A DNA stretch of 64,000 nucleotides, from contig JALHIN010000008.1 of the NCBI GenBank assembly GCA_022839995.1, forward strand, positions 120-64,119, given 5' to 3'. This document shows, in pieces, positions 53,320-62,503 of this stretch (within the stretch, counting starts at the first letter, position 1; every line of letters begins with the position of its first letter). Made by a program: the position numbers and the translations under genes. This stretch comes from Synergistota bacterium. Its GTDB lineage: Bacteria > Synergistota > Synergistia > Synergistales > 79-D21. The notes beneath the pieces are model-generated. The model did not search any database. It was not told the origin of the DNA and saw only the letters and a program-made list of their open reading frames with translations.

Positions 53320-55800
53320 ATGCCGTACGACTTTGAACGTGTTGAAGGAAAGTGGCAGCGATATTGGGCAGAAAACAGGGTTTTCGATGTCGAAAGGGAT
53401 CCGGGAAAACCCAAATTCTATTGCCTCGAAATGTTTCCCTATCCCAGTGGGGCTCTCCACATGGGACACCTGAGGAACTACTCGATCGGCGACCTCCTGA
53501 GCCGCTTCCTTTGGATGAAGGGATGGAATGTGCTGCATCCGATGGGATTCGATGCCTTTGGGCTTCCGGCTGAGAACGCGGCCCTCAAGTACGGCGTTCA
53601 TCCCAAAAAGTGGACCTGGGACAACATCGAGCACATGACCACCCAGCTCAAATCGATGGGGTGCAGTTACGACTGGAGACGAAGAGTCGAAACCTGTGCC
53701 CCGGATTATTACCGGTGGACCCAATGGATTTTTCTCCTCTTCCTGAAGAACGGACTCGCCTATCGAAAACACGCTCCGGTCAATTGGTGCGAGAGCTGCC
53801 AGACCGTCCTGGCAAACGAGCAGGTGATTGACGGGGGGCATTGCTGGCGGTGTGGCAGTGTCGTTACGAAAAGGAAACTGGAGCAATGGTTCCTCAACAT
53901 CACCCGCTACGCACAGGAACTGCTCGATTCCCTGGATACCCTAAAGGGCTGGCCGGAAAGGGTCAAACTCATGCAGCGCAACTGGATCGGTCGGTCTGAA
54001 GGCGTCCGCCTCACTTTCCCCATCGAAGGGCTGGAAAAGGGGTTGGAAACCTTTACCACACGATTCGACACGATCTACGGAGTCACGTTCCTGGCCTTGG
54101 CTCCCGAGCACCCAATGGTGGAGGAATTTGCCCGATTGAGCCCGAACGGAGAGGAAATCCGGGCCTTCGTGAAAGAAACCGTTCAGAAGAGCGAGATCGA
54201 ACGGACCGCCGTAGGTGGGGAAAAGAAGGGGATCGACACGGGCTTCAGGGCGGTCAACCCCGTAAGCGGAGAAAAAGTTCCCATCTGGGTTTCCAACTAC
54301 ATCCTGATCGAATACGGAACGGGGGCCATCATGGGCGTTCCGGCCCATGACCAGAGGGACTTCGAGTTTGCCCGCAAGTACGGGATCCCGATTCGGGTGG
54401 TCATCCAGCCCGAGGGGGGGACGCTCGACCCCGAAGCGATGACCCATGCCTACGAAGAGGGCGGGATCCAGTGCAATTCGGCTGATTTCGACGGACTCCC
54501 GACGCGGGAAAGCATTCCCCGAATGGCCCAGTGGGCCGAGGATACCGGAATTGGGAAGAGGGAGGTCAATTTCCGGCTCCGGGACTGGCTCATTTCTCGC
54601 CAGCGCTACTGGGGAGCGCCGATTCCCGTGGTTTACTGCGAGAAGTGCGGGATCGTTCCTATCCCGGAAGACCAGCTGCCCGTCCTTCTACCGGATGTCC
54701 AGGTTCTTCCCGGCGGGAAAAGTCCCCTGCCGGAAACCCCCGAGTGGGTCAATACGGTCTGCCCCGACTGCGGCGGTCCGGCTAGGCGGGAAACCGACAC
54801 GATGGACACGTTTATCTGCTCTTCCTGGTATTTCCTCCGGTTCACTTCGCCCTGGACCCAGGAGGGTCCCTTCAAGAGGGAGGACGCCGACTACTGGATG
54901 CCGGTTGACCAGTACATCGGCGGCATTGAACATGCGTGCCTGCATCTGATCTACGCTCGCTTTTTCACCAAGGTCCTTTCTGACCTAGGATATGTCGCGG
55001 CCCGCGAACCCTTCACGAATCTCCTGACCCAGGGGATGGTGATCAAGGACGGGGCAAAGATGTCCAAGTCGAAGGGGAACGTCGTGGATCCGGACGAAAT
55101 CATTCGCAAGTACGGGGCAGACACCGCCCGTCTTTTCATCCTTTTTGCGGCGCCTCCCGACAAGGACCTGGACTGGTCGGAGAAGGGGGTCGAAGGGGCG
55201 CATCGCTTCCTCAAACGGGTTTGGCGCCTGGTGGAAGAGGGAGGAAGCCGTTTGAGGGAGACCCCCCGCCGTAGGATTCCCCTGGCGGAAATCGCAGGAA
55301 GGGACCGTCGGGACCTCAAGCGGAGGATTCACAGCACGATTGAAAATGTTGGCAGGGATATCGAGAAGGAACGGCAGTTCAATACCGCAGTAGCCAGGCT
55401 CATGGAACTGAGCAACGCCCTTTCCGATTTTGTCCCGGAAACGGACGAGGACTGGATTCTTTACCGGGAGGGCATCGAAACGCTCCTGCTTTGCCTTTCT
55501 CCCTTTACGCCCCACATTTGCGAGGAACTCTGGGAAATGCTGGGGAACCGGGGATGCCTGGCTGGAGCTGCCTGGCCAACGGTTGAGGCCGATTGCCTGG
55601 AAGCGGAGTCCGTGACGATCGTCATGCAGGTGAACGGCAAGGTGAGAGAGAAGATCGAGCTCCCCGCCGGTCTTTCCGAAGAACAGCTGAAGGAGAGGGT
55701 CCTTTCTCACGAAGCGGTCAGGAAGCGGCTGGAAGGAAAGGATGTCCTGAAGGTCATTGCCGTGCCGGACCGGTTGGTCAACGTGGTGGTGAAGGGATAG
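53320..55800 (+). CDS. leuS: leucyl-tRNA synthetase
   Basis: 826 aa, FPYPSGALHMGH (HIGH), KMSKSKGN (KMSKS), editing-domain and Zn-motif cysteines. Confidence 0.98.
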   Translation: MPYDFERVEGKWQRYWAENRVFDVERDPGKPKFYCLEMFPYPSGALHMGHLRNYSIGDLLSRFLWMKGWNVLHPMGFDAFGLPAENAALKYGVHPKKWTWDNIEHMTTQLKSMGCSYDWRRRVETCAPDYYRWTQWIFLLFLKNGLAYRKHAPVNWCESCQTVLANEQVIDGGHCWRCGSVVTKRKLEQWFLNITRYAQELLDSLDTLKGWPERVKLMQRNWIGRSEGVRLTFPIEGLEKGLETFTTRFDTIYGVTFLALAPEHPMVEEFARLSPNGEEIRAFVKETVQKSEIERTAVGGEKKGIDTGFRAVNPVSGEKVPIWVSNYILIEYGTGAIMGVPAHDQRDFEFARKYGIPIRVVIQPEGGTLDPEAMTHAYEEGGIQCNSADFDGLPTRESIPRMAQWAEDTGIGKREVNFRLRDWLISRQRYWGAPIPVVYCEKCGIVPIPEDQLPVLLPDVQVLPGGKSPLPETPEWVNTVCPDCGGPARRETDTMDTFICSSWYFLRFTSPWTQEGPFKREDADYWMPVDQYIGGIEHACLHLIYARFFTKVLSDLGYVAAREPFTNLLTQGMVIKDGAKMSKSKGNVVDPDEIIRKYGADTARLFILFAAPPDKDLDWSEKGVEGAHRFLKRVWRLVEEGGSRLRETPRRRIPLAEIAGRDRRDLKRRIHSTIENVGRDIEKERQFNTAVARLMELSNALSDFVPETDEDWILYREGIETLLLCLSPFTPHICEELWEMLGNRGCLAGAAWPTVEADCLEAESVTIVMQVNGKVREKIELPAGLSEEQLKERVLSHEAVRKRLEGKDVLKVIAVPDRLVNVVVKG

Positions 55801-56750
55801 TGCCTCACCTGATCGTAGCGGGCGCCGCCGGGACAACCCAGCGGCGCCTGGTTTCTGAAACCGTGAGCAAGGAGAGGGAGAAGGGGTATCCCCTCGCCGC
55901 GAGAAAGGAGGGAGGGGAGTGGAAAGATCTCCTTTCCGCAGAAAACTGCGGGGGGCTCTTTGACAGCCGGAGGCTCGTGCTTGTCGAAGAGGCGCAGCAA
56001 CTGGGGAAGTTCCCGGCCGGGCTGGAATCCCTTCTCGAAAACCCGTCTTCTGCCACGCATATCCTCCTGGTCTACGAGGAAGATCCGAAAGCCGTTTTCC
56101 CGAAGGAAATCCACCCCAGGATCACATGGCTCAAGGGGGAGGATGTTCCCCGCTTCGGGATGGCAAGGCGGCGGTGGGCGGAGAAGAGAGCCCTGGAAAA
56201 GGGAGTAAGACTTTCTGCCGATGCACTGAACCTTCTCCTGGAGTCTGTTGAGGATCCGGAGGAACTCGTTTCCGAGCTTGCGAAGCTGGCGACCGTGGCG
56301 GATAGCCGCCCGATCGAAGCCGAAGAGGTTCGCTCGCTTTGCTTCGATGAAGGGGAAAAGGCGCTTCTTTCCCTCTTGGACGGATTGTGCGAAGCGGACA
56401 GGCGAAAAGTGACGGCAGCCTTGCCCCATGTGAAAAGACGGGACCTCATCCCGGTCTTGGCGGCGCTGCACAACCGGTTCCGATTGGCCTTTTATCGGTC
56501 GGCCTTCAAGACGCCTCGATTCCAGAAAACCGTCGGCGAGGCATTGAAAGCGAGGCCGTACCAGGAAAGACAGGCGGCGGAAGCCGCTCGTCATCACTCG
56601 CGCGAGGGAATGGCCCTTTTCCTGAAACGACTCTGCGGGATCAACATGGGGGAAAAGACGGGGAACCGAAACGGCTGGATGGAATTGGAACTGGCCATTC
56701 TCGACCTTCTGGATTCCAGCGGGAGGTCCGAGAGAGAAGCAAGGCAATGA
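55800..56750 (+). CDS. holA: DNA polymerase III delta subunit
   Basis: GTG 55800 shares one base with the leuS TAG. 316 aa, LFDSRRLVLVEEAQQL and the position after leuS are typical of holA. The track ORF starts upstream at 55593. Confidence 0.75.
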   Translation: MPHLIVAGAAGTTQRRLVSETVSKEREKGYPLAARKEGGEWKDLLSAENCGGLFDSRRLVLVEEAQQLGKFPAGLESLLENPSSATHILLVYEEDPKAVFPKEIHPRITWLKGEDVPRFGMARRRWAEKRALEKGVRLSADALNLLLESVEDPEELVSELAKLATVADSRPIEAEEVRSLCFDEGEKALLSLLDGLCEADRRKVTAALPHVKRRDLIPVLAALHNRFRLAFYRSAFKTPRFQKTVGEALKARPYQERQAAEAARHHSREGMALFLKRLCGINMGEKTGNRNGWMELELAILDLLDSSGRSEREARQ

Positions 56751-56782
56751 AAGCTGCCGGTTAGGCGTCGGCAGCTTTCATT
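56746..56782. terminator. shared hairpin spanning the stop codons of convergent holA and rpsT
   Basis: AATGAAAGCTGCCG - 9-nt loop - CGGCAGCTTTCATT, 14-bp perfect stem. Contains the holA TGA (56748-50) and the rpsT TAA (56761-63). Confidence 0.6.
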
Positions 56783-57039
56783 GCTTCTTTCGCTTTCAGC
56801 GTCAGCATGGACTTCCGTCGGGCAACCGTATTCGGGTGGAGGACACCCTTCCCGGCAGCTTTGTCCAACACAGACTGAGCTTCGTCTAGGCGGGCCCTGA
56901 TGACCTGCGGGTCCTTGCCTTCCAGACTTTCCAGAAGCCTTTTCGCGGCGGTTTTGCAACGACTCTTCCAGAATCGGTTGTAGAGTCGGTTCCTTTCAGA
57001 AATTCGAACTCTCTTTTCGGCAGACTTCTTGTTCGGCAC
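56761..57039 (-). CDS. rpsT: 30S ribosomal protein S20
   Basis: GTG 57039 gives (M)PNKKSAEKRVRISERNR, canonical bS20 start, 8-10 nt after GGGAGGAGG. The track start 57048 abuts the SD. Confidence 0.92.
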   Translation of the reverse strand: MPNKKSAEKRVRISERNRLYNRFWKSRCKTAAKRLLESLEGKDPQVIRARLDEAQSVLDKAAGKGVLHPNTVARRKSMLTLKAKEAMKAADA

Positions 57040-57070
57040 TCGGTTCACCTCCTCCCGTAAAGCAACGCAA

Positions 57071-57099
57071 ATTCTAGCATGCCCGAGTCAACCGGGCAA
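57071..57099 (-). promoter_or_regulatory. candidate promoter of rpsT (TTGCCC-17-TAGAAT)
   Basis: Minus strand TTGCCC (57099-57094), 17-nt spacer, TAGAAT (57076-57071). Confidence 0.55.
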
Positions 57100-57176
57100 G
57101 AAAAAAAATACCAATCCCCGTGAAGTCGTATTATACAATACCGGGAGGTTTTTGACGCGGAAAAGAGGCGGAGTCG

Positions 57177-58103
57177 ATGGAAAAACCGCAACGGGGCCAG
57201 GGAATAAAAGGTTGCAGGGGGCTTGTGACGGCCGGGCTGGCAGTGGTTTCCGCCGCAGGCTTTTTTGCGGAAAACCGGGGCGTTCCCCTCGGCAGGCTGC
57301 TATGGCTTGCGGGGGGATCAGGGATCGTAGGGCTCATGACCAACGTCCTTGCCGTCAGGATGATCTTCCACAAGGTTTCTCTCCGCTTTCGCGGGCATGA
57401 ATGGATCCTCCCCGGAAGCGGCCTGGTCACGAGGAACCAGGAAAAGATCCTGGAAACCCTTGCCCGCGAGCTGCGAGAGCGCCTCCTGACCCAAGAAACG
57501 CTTGAACGGGCGGTTTCGGAGGGAAAACTCCTGGAAAATGCCGGACCAACCTTTCGCAAGGAAGTGAGGCGTCTTTTTCTCAGGAGATCCAACCTTCGGA
57601 AGATGGCAACAGCGATCGAGGGCCCCCTCCAGAGAATCCTTCTCGGTGCGGAAACCGAACGGTTTGTCCGCCTCCAGGTCGAGAAGGCGCTCCAGGACAG
57701 CCTGCTCCTCGGTATGGCTGGAAAGCTCGGGTTGCTGAAGAGCGAGAGGGTTGCGGACTGGATCCTTCGCTCCGCATCGGAAAGCCTGAACCGATCCCTC
57801 GTCACGGAGGCGGGATTGAAGGCAACACAGAAGAAATTGGCTTTCCTGCTGGAACATGCGAGCCGCCTCGGGGACGCCGAGATCCTCGAAATGGCCAGGG
57901 ACAGCTTCGAAAGGCTTCTCATCCGGATGCTCAGGGAGATCGATCTCGGAGAGCTCGCGAAGAGATCCTTGCGAGAAGCGACACCGGAACAGCTGGAGGA
58001 TTACCTGGAAGCGCTTGCCAGGAAATACCTCGACTGGATCGAGATTTGGGGCGGCCTCATGGGAGCCGCCCTGGGGCTTGTCCTGTGGCTGCTGTCGAAA
58101 TGA
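57177..58103 (+). CDS. DUF445-like membrane protein
   Basis: N-terminal TM pair with GLMTNVLAVRMIFHKV, long helical middle, C-terminal IEIWGGLMGAALGLVLWLL. Layout recalled for DUF445; by eye only. Confidence 0.5.
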   Translation: MEKPQRGQGIKGCRGLVTAGLAVVSAAGFFAENRGVPLGRLLWLAGGSGIVGLMTNVLAVRMIFHKVSLRFRGHEWILPGSGLVTRNQEKILETLARELRERLLTQETLERAVSEGKLLENAGPTFRKEVRRLFLRRSNLRKMATAIEGPLQRILLGAETERFVRLQVEKALQDSLLLGMAGKLGLLKSERVADWILRSASESLNRSLVTEAGLKATQKKLAFLLEHASRLGDAEILEMARDSFERLLIRMLREIDLGELAKRSLREATPEQLEDYLEALARKYLDWIEIWGGLMGAALGLVLWLLSK

Positions 58104-60019
58104 GTCCCCACCCGATGGAAGAGTACTTCAGCGAGAAAGGGGTTCTCTCGAGGATGGAAGGATTTGAATTCCGTCCTCAGCAACTCCAGATCGCGATGAG
58201 GGTCTGGGACCTTCTCCATTCGCCGATTCCGGGCACGCTGGCCATCGAAGCCCCCACCGGCATCGGGAAGAGCTTTGCGCTCCTTGTCCCATCGCTCCTC
58301 TGGGCAACGGAAAACGACCGGACAGTGCTTTTGCTGACCGCGGGGCACGCCCTGCAAGGACAGCTCGTGAACAAGGACATCCCCCTTCTCGGAGAATTCC
58401 TGCCGCGGCCTTTCCGGTTCGGCACCCTGAAAGGGCGGACGAACTACCTCTGCCTCCGGAGGAGCGCGGAGCTGGAAAAAGGAGGATTCCTCGCCTTTGG
58501 GGATGAAGGGGCAACTTCCGTGAAAATCCTACGGTGGAGCCGAACAACCGAAACTGGAGACCTCTCCGAACTCGAGCTCCCGGAAACCCACCCGGTCCTT
58601 GAAAGGATCGCGGCAAGCCGGGAAGGCTGCCTGGGAAGGCTTTGTCCCATGAAAAGCGAGTGCTTCCTCCAGAAACTCACCCTTCAGGCGCAAAACTGGC
58701 ACCTGATCGTCACCAATTACCATCTTTTCTTTTCGCACCTCGACGGGGGAAGAAGGCCTTTCCCCGTCCATTTTGATGCGGTTCTCTGTGATGAAGCGCA
58801 CCGCATCCCCGAAGCCGCCCGCTCGTCCGCAACCCGTTCCGCCTCGCCGGAGAGGTTCCGGAAGATCCTTTCCGCAAATCACCTTTCCGACCTAAACAAG
58901 GCCTTCCGGAACCTGGATCTACCGGCAGAAAAGCTGGCAGAAGGGTGGCAAGCGGCCGTCCGAGGCGTTGAACGCGTTTTTGGCCGGCTAGCCCTGCTGT
59001 CGAGAGAGGAAAGCGTGTTCCGCCAACCTTTGACAGGCCTTCGCCAGGACCTGGAGGGGGGCGTTGAGGTCCTGGCGGGAGAGTTGGAGAGGTTTGTTTC
59101 CAGGACGGTGGGGGGGGAGCAGCAACAGGAGGTGGCGGAAGGTTTTGCGGTAGCCTCCCAGCTGGTTGAGGCACTCGAGGATCTCCGATGGTGCCTGGAT
59201 GTTGTGGACTACCCACGATGGGCGACCTGGTGGGATGGCAACCAGATTCAGAGCACGCCCGTCCTAGCCGGCGCATCCGTCCGGGAGGCCCTTGCTTCCA
59301 TGGAGGATGTCCCCCTCGTCTGCACTTCGGCGACCCTGACGGTGGGGGAAGAGTTCCGTTTTTGGGAAAAGGAAAGCGGGATTTCCCCGAGCGAAACCCT
59401 CGTCCTGGACTCTCCCTTTGACCTTCCCACCCAGATGTCGATCTGGGTGATCGATCTCGGGCAGCGGGTTACCGACAACGGGTACGACGCGAAGGCGAGC
59501 CGGGTCATCGAAAAGATGTGCGATGCGAACGGCGGAAGGACGCTCGTCCTCTGCAGCTCGAAGCGGCTGATGAGGGCCGTTTCGGCAAGGCTCAAGGCGA
59601 AAGAAAGGGAATACCGCCTGCTCTGCCAGGGGGAGGCCCCGAAGGAGGAATTGCTTGAAGCGTTCCGCAGCGATGAAACCTCGGTTCTTGTAGGAAGCCT
59701 CTCCTTTCGGGAAGGGATCGATATCCCAGGCGATGGGCTGACGCAGGTGATCCTAGACCGCATTCCTTTCCCCCACCCGGAGGATCCCATTGTGAGAGCC
59801 AGGCGTGACCTTGAGGGAAAGGAAACCTTTATCCAAAGCACGCTCCCGATGAGCCGGCTTTTCCTGCGTCAGGCGTTCGGGCGCCTCATCAGGAGGAAGA
59901 CCGATGCCGGAAGGGTGGTGATCCTTGACGGGAGGGCCCTTCAACGGGAGGATTGGGGGATTTTCCAGGATTTTCCGGGTGTCCCCGTCAAGAGAGTCCG
60001 TCTGGTTCCGACGCCTTGA
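58100..60019 (+). CDS. dinG: ATP-dependent DNA helicase, DinG/XPD (Rad3) family with Fe-S cluster cysteines
   Basis: ATG 58100 (ATGA overlap). [17 protein letters not shown] Walker A, DEAH box (CDEAHRI), four Cys (YLCLRR, EGC, RLCP, SEC), C-terminal helicase motifs. Confidence 0.85.
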   Translation: MSPHPMEEYFSEKGVLSRMEGFEFRPQQLQIAMRVWDLLHSPIPGTLAIEAPTGIGKSFALLVPSLLWATENDRTVLLLTAGHALQGQLVNKDIPLLGEFLPRPFRFGTLKGRTNYLCLRRSAELEKGGFLAFGDEGATSVKILRWSRTTETGDLSELELPETHPVLERIAASREGCLGRLCPMKSECFLQKLTLQAQNWHLIVTNYHLFFSHLDGGRRPFPVHFDAVLCDEAHRIPEAARSSATRSASPERFRKILSANHLSDLNKAFRNLDLPAEKLAEGWQAAVRGVERVFGRLALLSREESVFRQPLTGLRQDLEGGVEVLAGELERFVSRTVGGEQQQEVAEGFAVASQLVEALEDLRWCLDVVDYPRWATWWDGNQIQSTPVLAGASVREALASMEDVPLVCTSATLTVGEEFRFWEKESGISPSETLVLDSPFDLPTQMSIWVIDLGQRVTDNGYDAKASRVIEKMCDANGGRTLVLCSSKRLMRAVSARLKAKEREYRLLCQGEAPKEELLEAFRSDETSVLVGSLSFREGIDIPGDGLTQVILDRIPFPHPEDPIVRARRDLEGKETFIQSTLPMSRLFLRQAFGRLIRRKTDAGRVVILDGRALQREDWGIFQDFPGVPVKRVRLVPTP

Positions 60020-60045
60020 TAGGCTTCCGCAGCCTGTGTTATAGT
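60016..60045 (+). promoter_or_regulatory. candidate promoter of rpmH-rnpA-yidD-yidC-jag (TTGATA-18-TATAGT, TG-extended)
   Basis: TTGATA 60016-60021 overlaps the dinG stop; TGT-TATAGT at 60037-60045. Confidence 0.6.
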
Positions 60046-60111
60046 ATCAAGGCTGCCGTACGAGGGTATTTAATTTTCCTAAGATTTTTCCACAGCAAGG
60101 GGGTGTCGTCA

Positions 60112-60246
60112 ATGAAGCGGACTTTTCAACCCCATAAAACGCGCCGCAAGCGGACAATGGGTTTTCTCGTGCGCTCCAGTTCTCCGACTGGGCGCCGCGT
60201 CATCCGCAACAGGAGACGCAAGGGGCGCAAACGCCTCGCAGTCTAA
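60112..60246 (+). CDS. rpmH: 50S ribosomal protein L34
   Basis: [44 protein letters not shown] canonical bL34. ATG 60112 inside track ORF 59953. Confidence 0.97.
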   Translation: MKRTFQPHKTRRKRTMGFLVRSSSPTGRRVIRNRRRKGRKRLAV

Positions 60247-60675
60247 ATGGACCGTCTTTTCGGGTTCCCGGACGATTTTCGGTTGAAAAAGGGATGGGAA
60301 TTTGATCGGGTCTTCCGCACCGGCCGACGCGTCAAAGGGGAGCTGGTGCGGTTGTTGTTTCTGGACACCGGAGATGGCCCCCCTCGGCTGGGTGCGGCTG
60401 TCGGCAAGCGACAGGGGTCCTCGGTACGGCGCAACCGCGGCAGGAGGATCCTTCGGGAGGCCTTCAGGCACTGCAGGCCTTGGCTGAAAGAAGGGGTCTG
60501 GATCGTTGCCATGTTGAGGACTGTCGGCCTCTCTGCCGGGGCAAGAGAAATCTATACCGACCTGGTCCATCTCCTTGAAGCGGAAGGACTGTTGAAACCC
60601 GGTTTTCCTAAACTTTTCCCGACGCAAGGCGAAAAAAACGGTGAAAAAGTCTTTACCCGCGGTCCTCGCCCTTAG
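60247..60675 (+). CDS. rnpA: ribonuclease P protein component
   Basis: Directly after rpm[21 protein letters not shown]...[23 protein letters not shown] (RNR motif). Confidence 0.9.
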   Translation: MDRLFGFPDDFRLKKGWEFDRVFRTGRRVKGELVRLLFLDTGDGPPRLGAAVGKRQGSSVRRNRGRRILREAFRHCRPWLKEGVWIVAMLRTVGLSAGAREIYTDLVHLLEAEGLLKPGFPKLFPTQGEKNGEKVFTRGPRP

Positions 60676-60919
60676 CCTGATCCGGTTTTACCAGCGTTTT
60701 CTCTCCCCCCTGCTGGGGAGGAATTGTCGTTTTTCGCCGACCTGTTCGGCCTATACGTTTGAGGCAATCGAACGCTATGGATTTCTGCGCGGGATCGTTC
60801 TCGGAACCCACCGCATCCTTCGATGCGGTCCGTGGTGCGCAGGAGGGTACGATCCCGTTCCAGAACCTGAAGAAAAGAAAGCTCAGAAGACTTCGAAGAC
60901 TGAACCAGAGGGACGGTGA
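60641..60919 (+). CDS. yidD: membrane protein insertion efficiency factor YidD
   Basis: [35 protein letters not shown]...RILRCGPW canonical YidD; GTG start overlapping the rnpA 3' end. Confidence 0.92.
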   Translation: MKKSLPAVLALSLIRFYQRFLSPLLGRNCRFSPTCSAYTFEAIERYGFLRGIVLGTHRILRCGPWCAGGYDPVPEPEEKKAQKTSKTEPEGR

Positions 60920-61710
60920 ATCGCTTGGGTACCTTGTGGAACCAGGCAGGCGAACTGCTTCTGAAAATCTTGGAACTGTTTTACGGGATGACCCACTCCT
61001 ACGGGCTCGCCATCATCCTGCTCACGATCCTCGTGAGGATCGTTCTTCATCCCCTGAACCAGAAGCAGCTGGTCAGCATGCAGAAAATGCAGAAGATCCA
61101 GCCACGAATCAAGACCCTGCAGGAGAAATATGGGAACGACAAGCAGAAGCTGAACGAAGAGACAATGAAGCTGTACAAGGAGAACCAGGTTAACCCGGCT
61201 GCGGGGTGCCTGCCTCTCCTTGTCCAATTGCCCATCCTGATCCTGCTTTTCAGGGTTCTAACGAACTTCAAGTTCGGGGGAGTCTCCTTCCTGGGAGTTG
61301 GACTCGAAGAATCCGTGCTTTCCACGATGGGCAAAGCTGTGGGGCTGACTGGCCCGGCTCCCGGAATTACGACCCTCCTGTCCGGGATCGCCTCCAACCC
61401 GGCAGGGCTCCTGAAGGTGGGAATATACGGTCCCAACCTTATCCTTCTCGTGTCCATCGGGTTTTTGACCTGGTTCCAGCAGAAGCTTTCCTCAACAAAC
61501 AACCCGCAGATGGCCTTCATGAACTGGTTCATGCCCGTTTTCCTTACCTTCATCTGCCTCAACCTGCCGGGCGGGGTCCTGCTTTACTGGGGGGTTTCGT
61601 CACTGCTGAGCGTCGTGCAGCAATGGCGTGTTGTGAAGACGACCGAAATCGAAATGGAGAAGAAGCCGGTTCTGTTCAAGAACAAGCCGACCCGAGACGG
61701 GGATTCGTAA
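60916..61710 (+). CDS. yidC: YidC/Oxa1-family membrane insertase, short (264 aa) form
   Basis: [23 protein letters not shown]...[15 protein letters not shown]...[24 protein letters not shown] canonical; no large periplasmic P1 domain. Confidence 0.93.
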   Translation: MNRLGTLWNQAGELLLKILELFYGMTHSYGLAIILLTILVRIVLHPLNQKQLVSMQKMQKIQPRIKTLQEKYGNDKQKLNEETMKLYKENQVNPAAGCLPLLVQLPILILLFRVLTNFKFGGVSFLGVGLEESVLSTMGKAVGLTGPAPGITTLLSGIASNPAGLLKVGIYGPNLILLVSIGFLTWFQQKLSSTNNPQMAFMNWFMPVFLTFICLNLPGGVLLYWGVSSLLSVVQQWRVVKTTEIEMEKKPVLFKNKPTRDGDS

Positions 61711-61743
61711 GCGGTTGCCCGGAAGAAGGAAAGGGAAGAAAAG

Positions 61744-62385
61744 ATGGAACGCACCGAACCTCTGGTTGTCGAGACGGATTCGATCGAAAATGCCGTACTG
61801 GATGCGGCCCGGGAATGGAACATCCTGCCGGAAGATGTGCAGGTCCGGACACTTGAGGAAGGGAAAAGGTTCCTCGGCCTTTTTGCCAGGAAAACCCGGG
61901 TGGAACTGCTCCCTTCGGGCGACGTCGATCTTTTGAGAGCGAAATGCATTCTTTCCGGCATCCTGAAACAAATGGGGATGGATGTCGGAATCCAGTTGGG
62001 CGAGGAGGATGTCCTGAACGTCACGGGGACGGACGCGGGGATCGTCATCGGGAAGTACGGAGAAACGCTGAAAGCCCTGGAGTACATCCTGAACCTGGTT
62101 ACCCGCGATGGGGGGCAGGCACGGTCGATTCGGCTGGATAGTGACGGATACAGGGAGAGGCGTGAGGAAAACCTGAAACGGGTCGCTCTCTCCTCGGCGA
62201 GGGAAGCTGTTCGGCGCCGGCGCCCGGTGACGTTGGAACCCATGACGAGCTGGGAAAGGCGGGTCGTTCATATCGCCCTCAAAGACCACCTGGAAGTCGA
62301 TACCCGCTCGGTGGGGGATGAACCCCAGCGAAGAGTTGTCATTTGGCCCAGGTCCGGGTCACGTCAGAAAAACAAGTTGAACTGA
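61744..62385 (+). CDS. jag: RNA-binding protein Jag/KhpB (Jag_N, KH, R3H)
   Basis: GKYGETLKALEYILNLV (KH) and LEPMTSWERRVVHIALKD (R3H); sits after yidC. Confidence 0.9.
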   Translation: MERTEPLVVETDSIENAVLDAAREWNILPEDVQVRTLEEGKRFLGLFARKTRVELLPSGDVDLLRAKCILSGILKQMGMDVGIQLGEEDVLNVTGTDAGIVIGKYGETLKALEYILNLVTRDGGQARSIRLDSDGYRERREENLKRVALSSAREAVRRRRPVTLEPMTSWERRVVHIALKDHLEVDTRSVGDEPQRRVVIWPRSGSRQKNKLN

Positions 62386-62429
62386 AACGTCGCGGGACCT
62401 CTCGAACGGGAGGTCCCGCGACGTTTCAG
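62382..62429 (+). terminator. very stable hairpin starting in the jag stop codon (no downstream U-tract)
   Basis: CTGAAACGTCGCGGGACCT / AGGTCCCGCGACGTTTCAG, 19-bp perfect stem extendable by 3 bp around a GAAC loop; followed by TAAAAAAA. Confidence 0.55.
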
Positions 62430-62503
62430 TAAAAAAACCGATCCGGTATTCGTTCGTGCTCGGTAAAATTAGGCAACGAACCGGAAAGGAGAGGTGATTC
62501 CCT

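Noticed and set aside
60020-60111. Replication origin near rpmH-rnpA-yidC-jag
   Set aside because: dnaA/dnaN are not adjacent (dinG is upstream). I saw only one DnaA-box-like 9-mer (TTTTCCACA, one mismatch), no box cluster and no AT-rich unwinding element.
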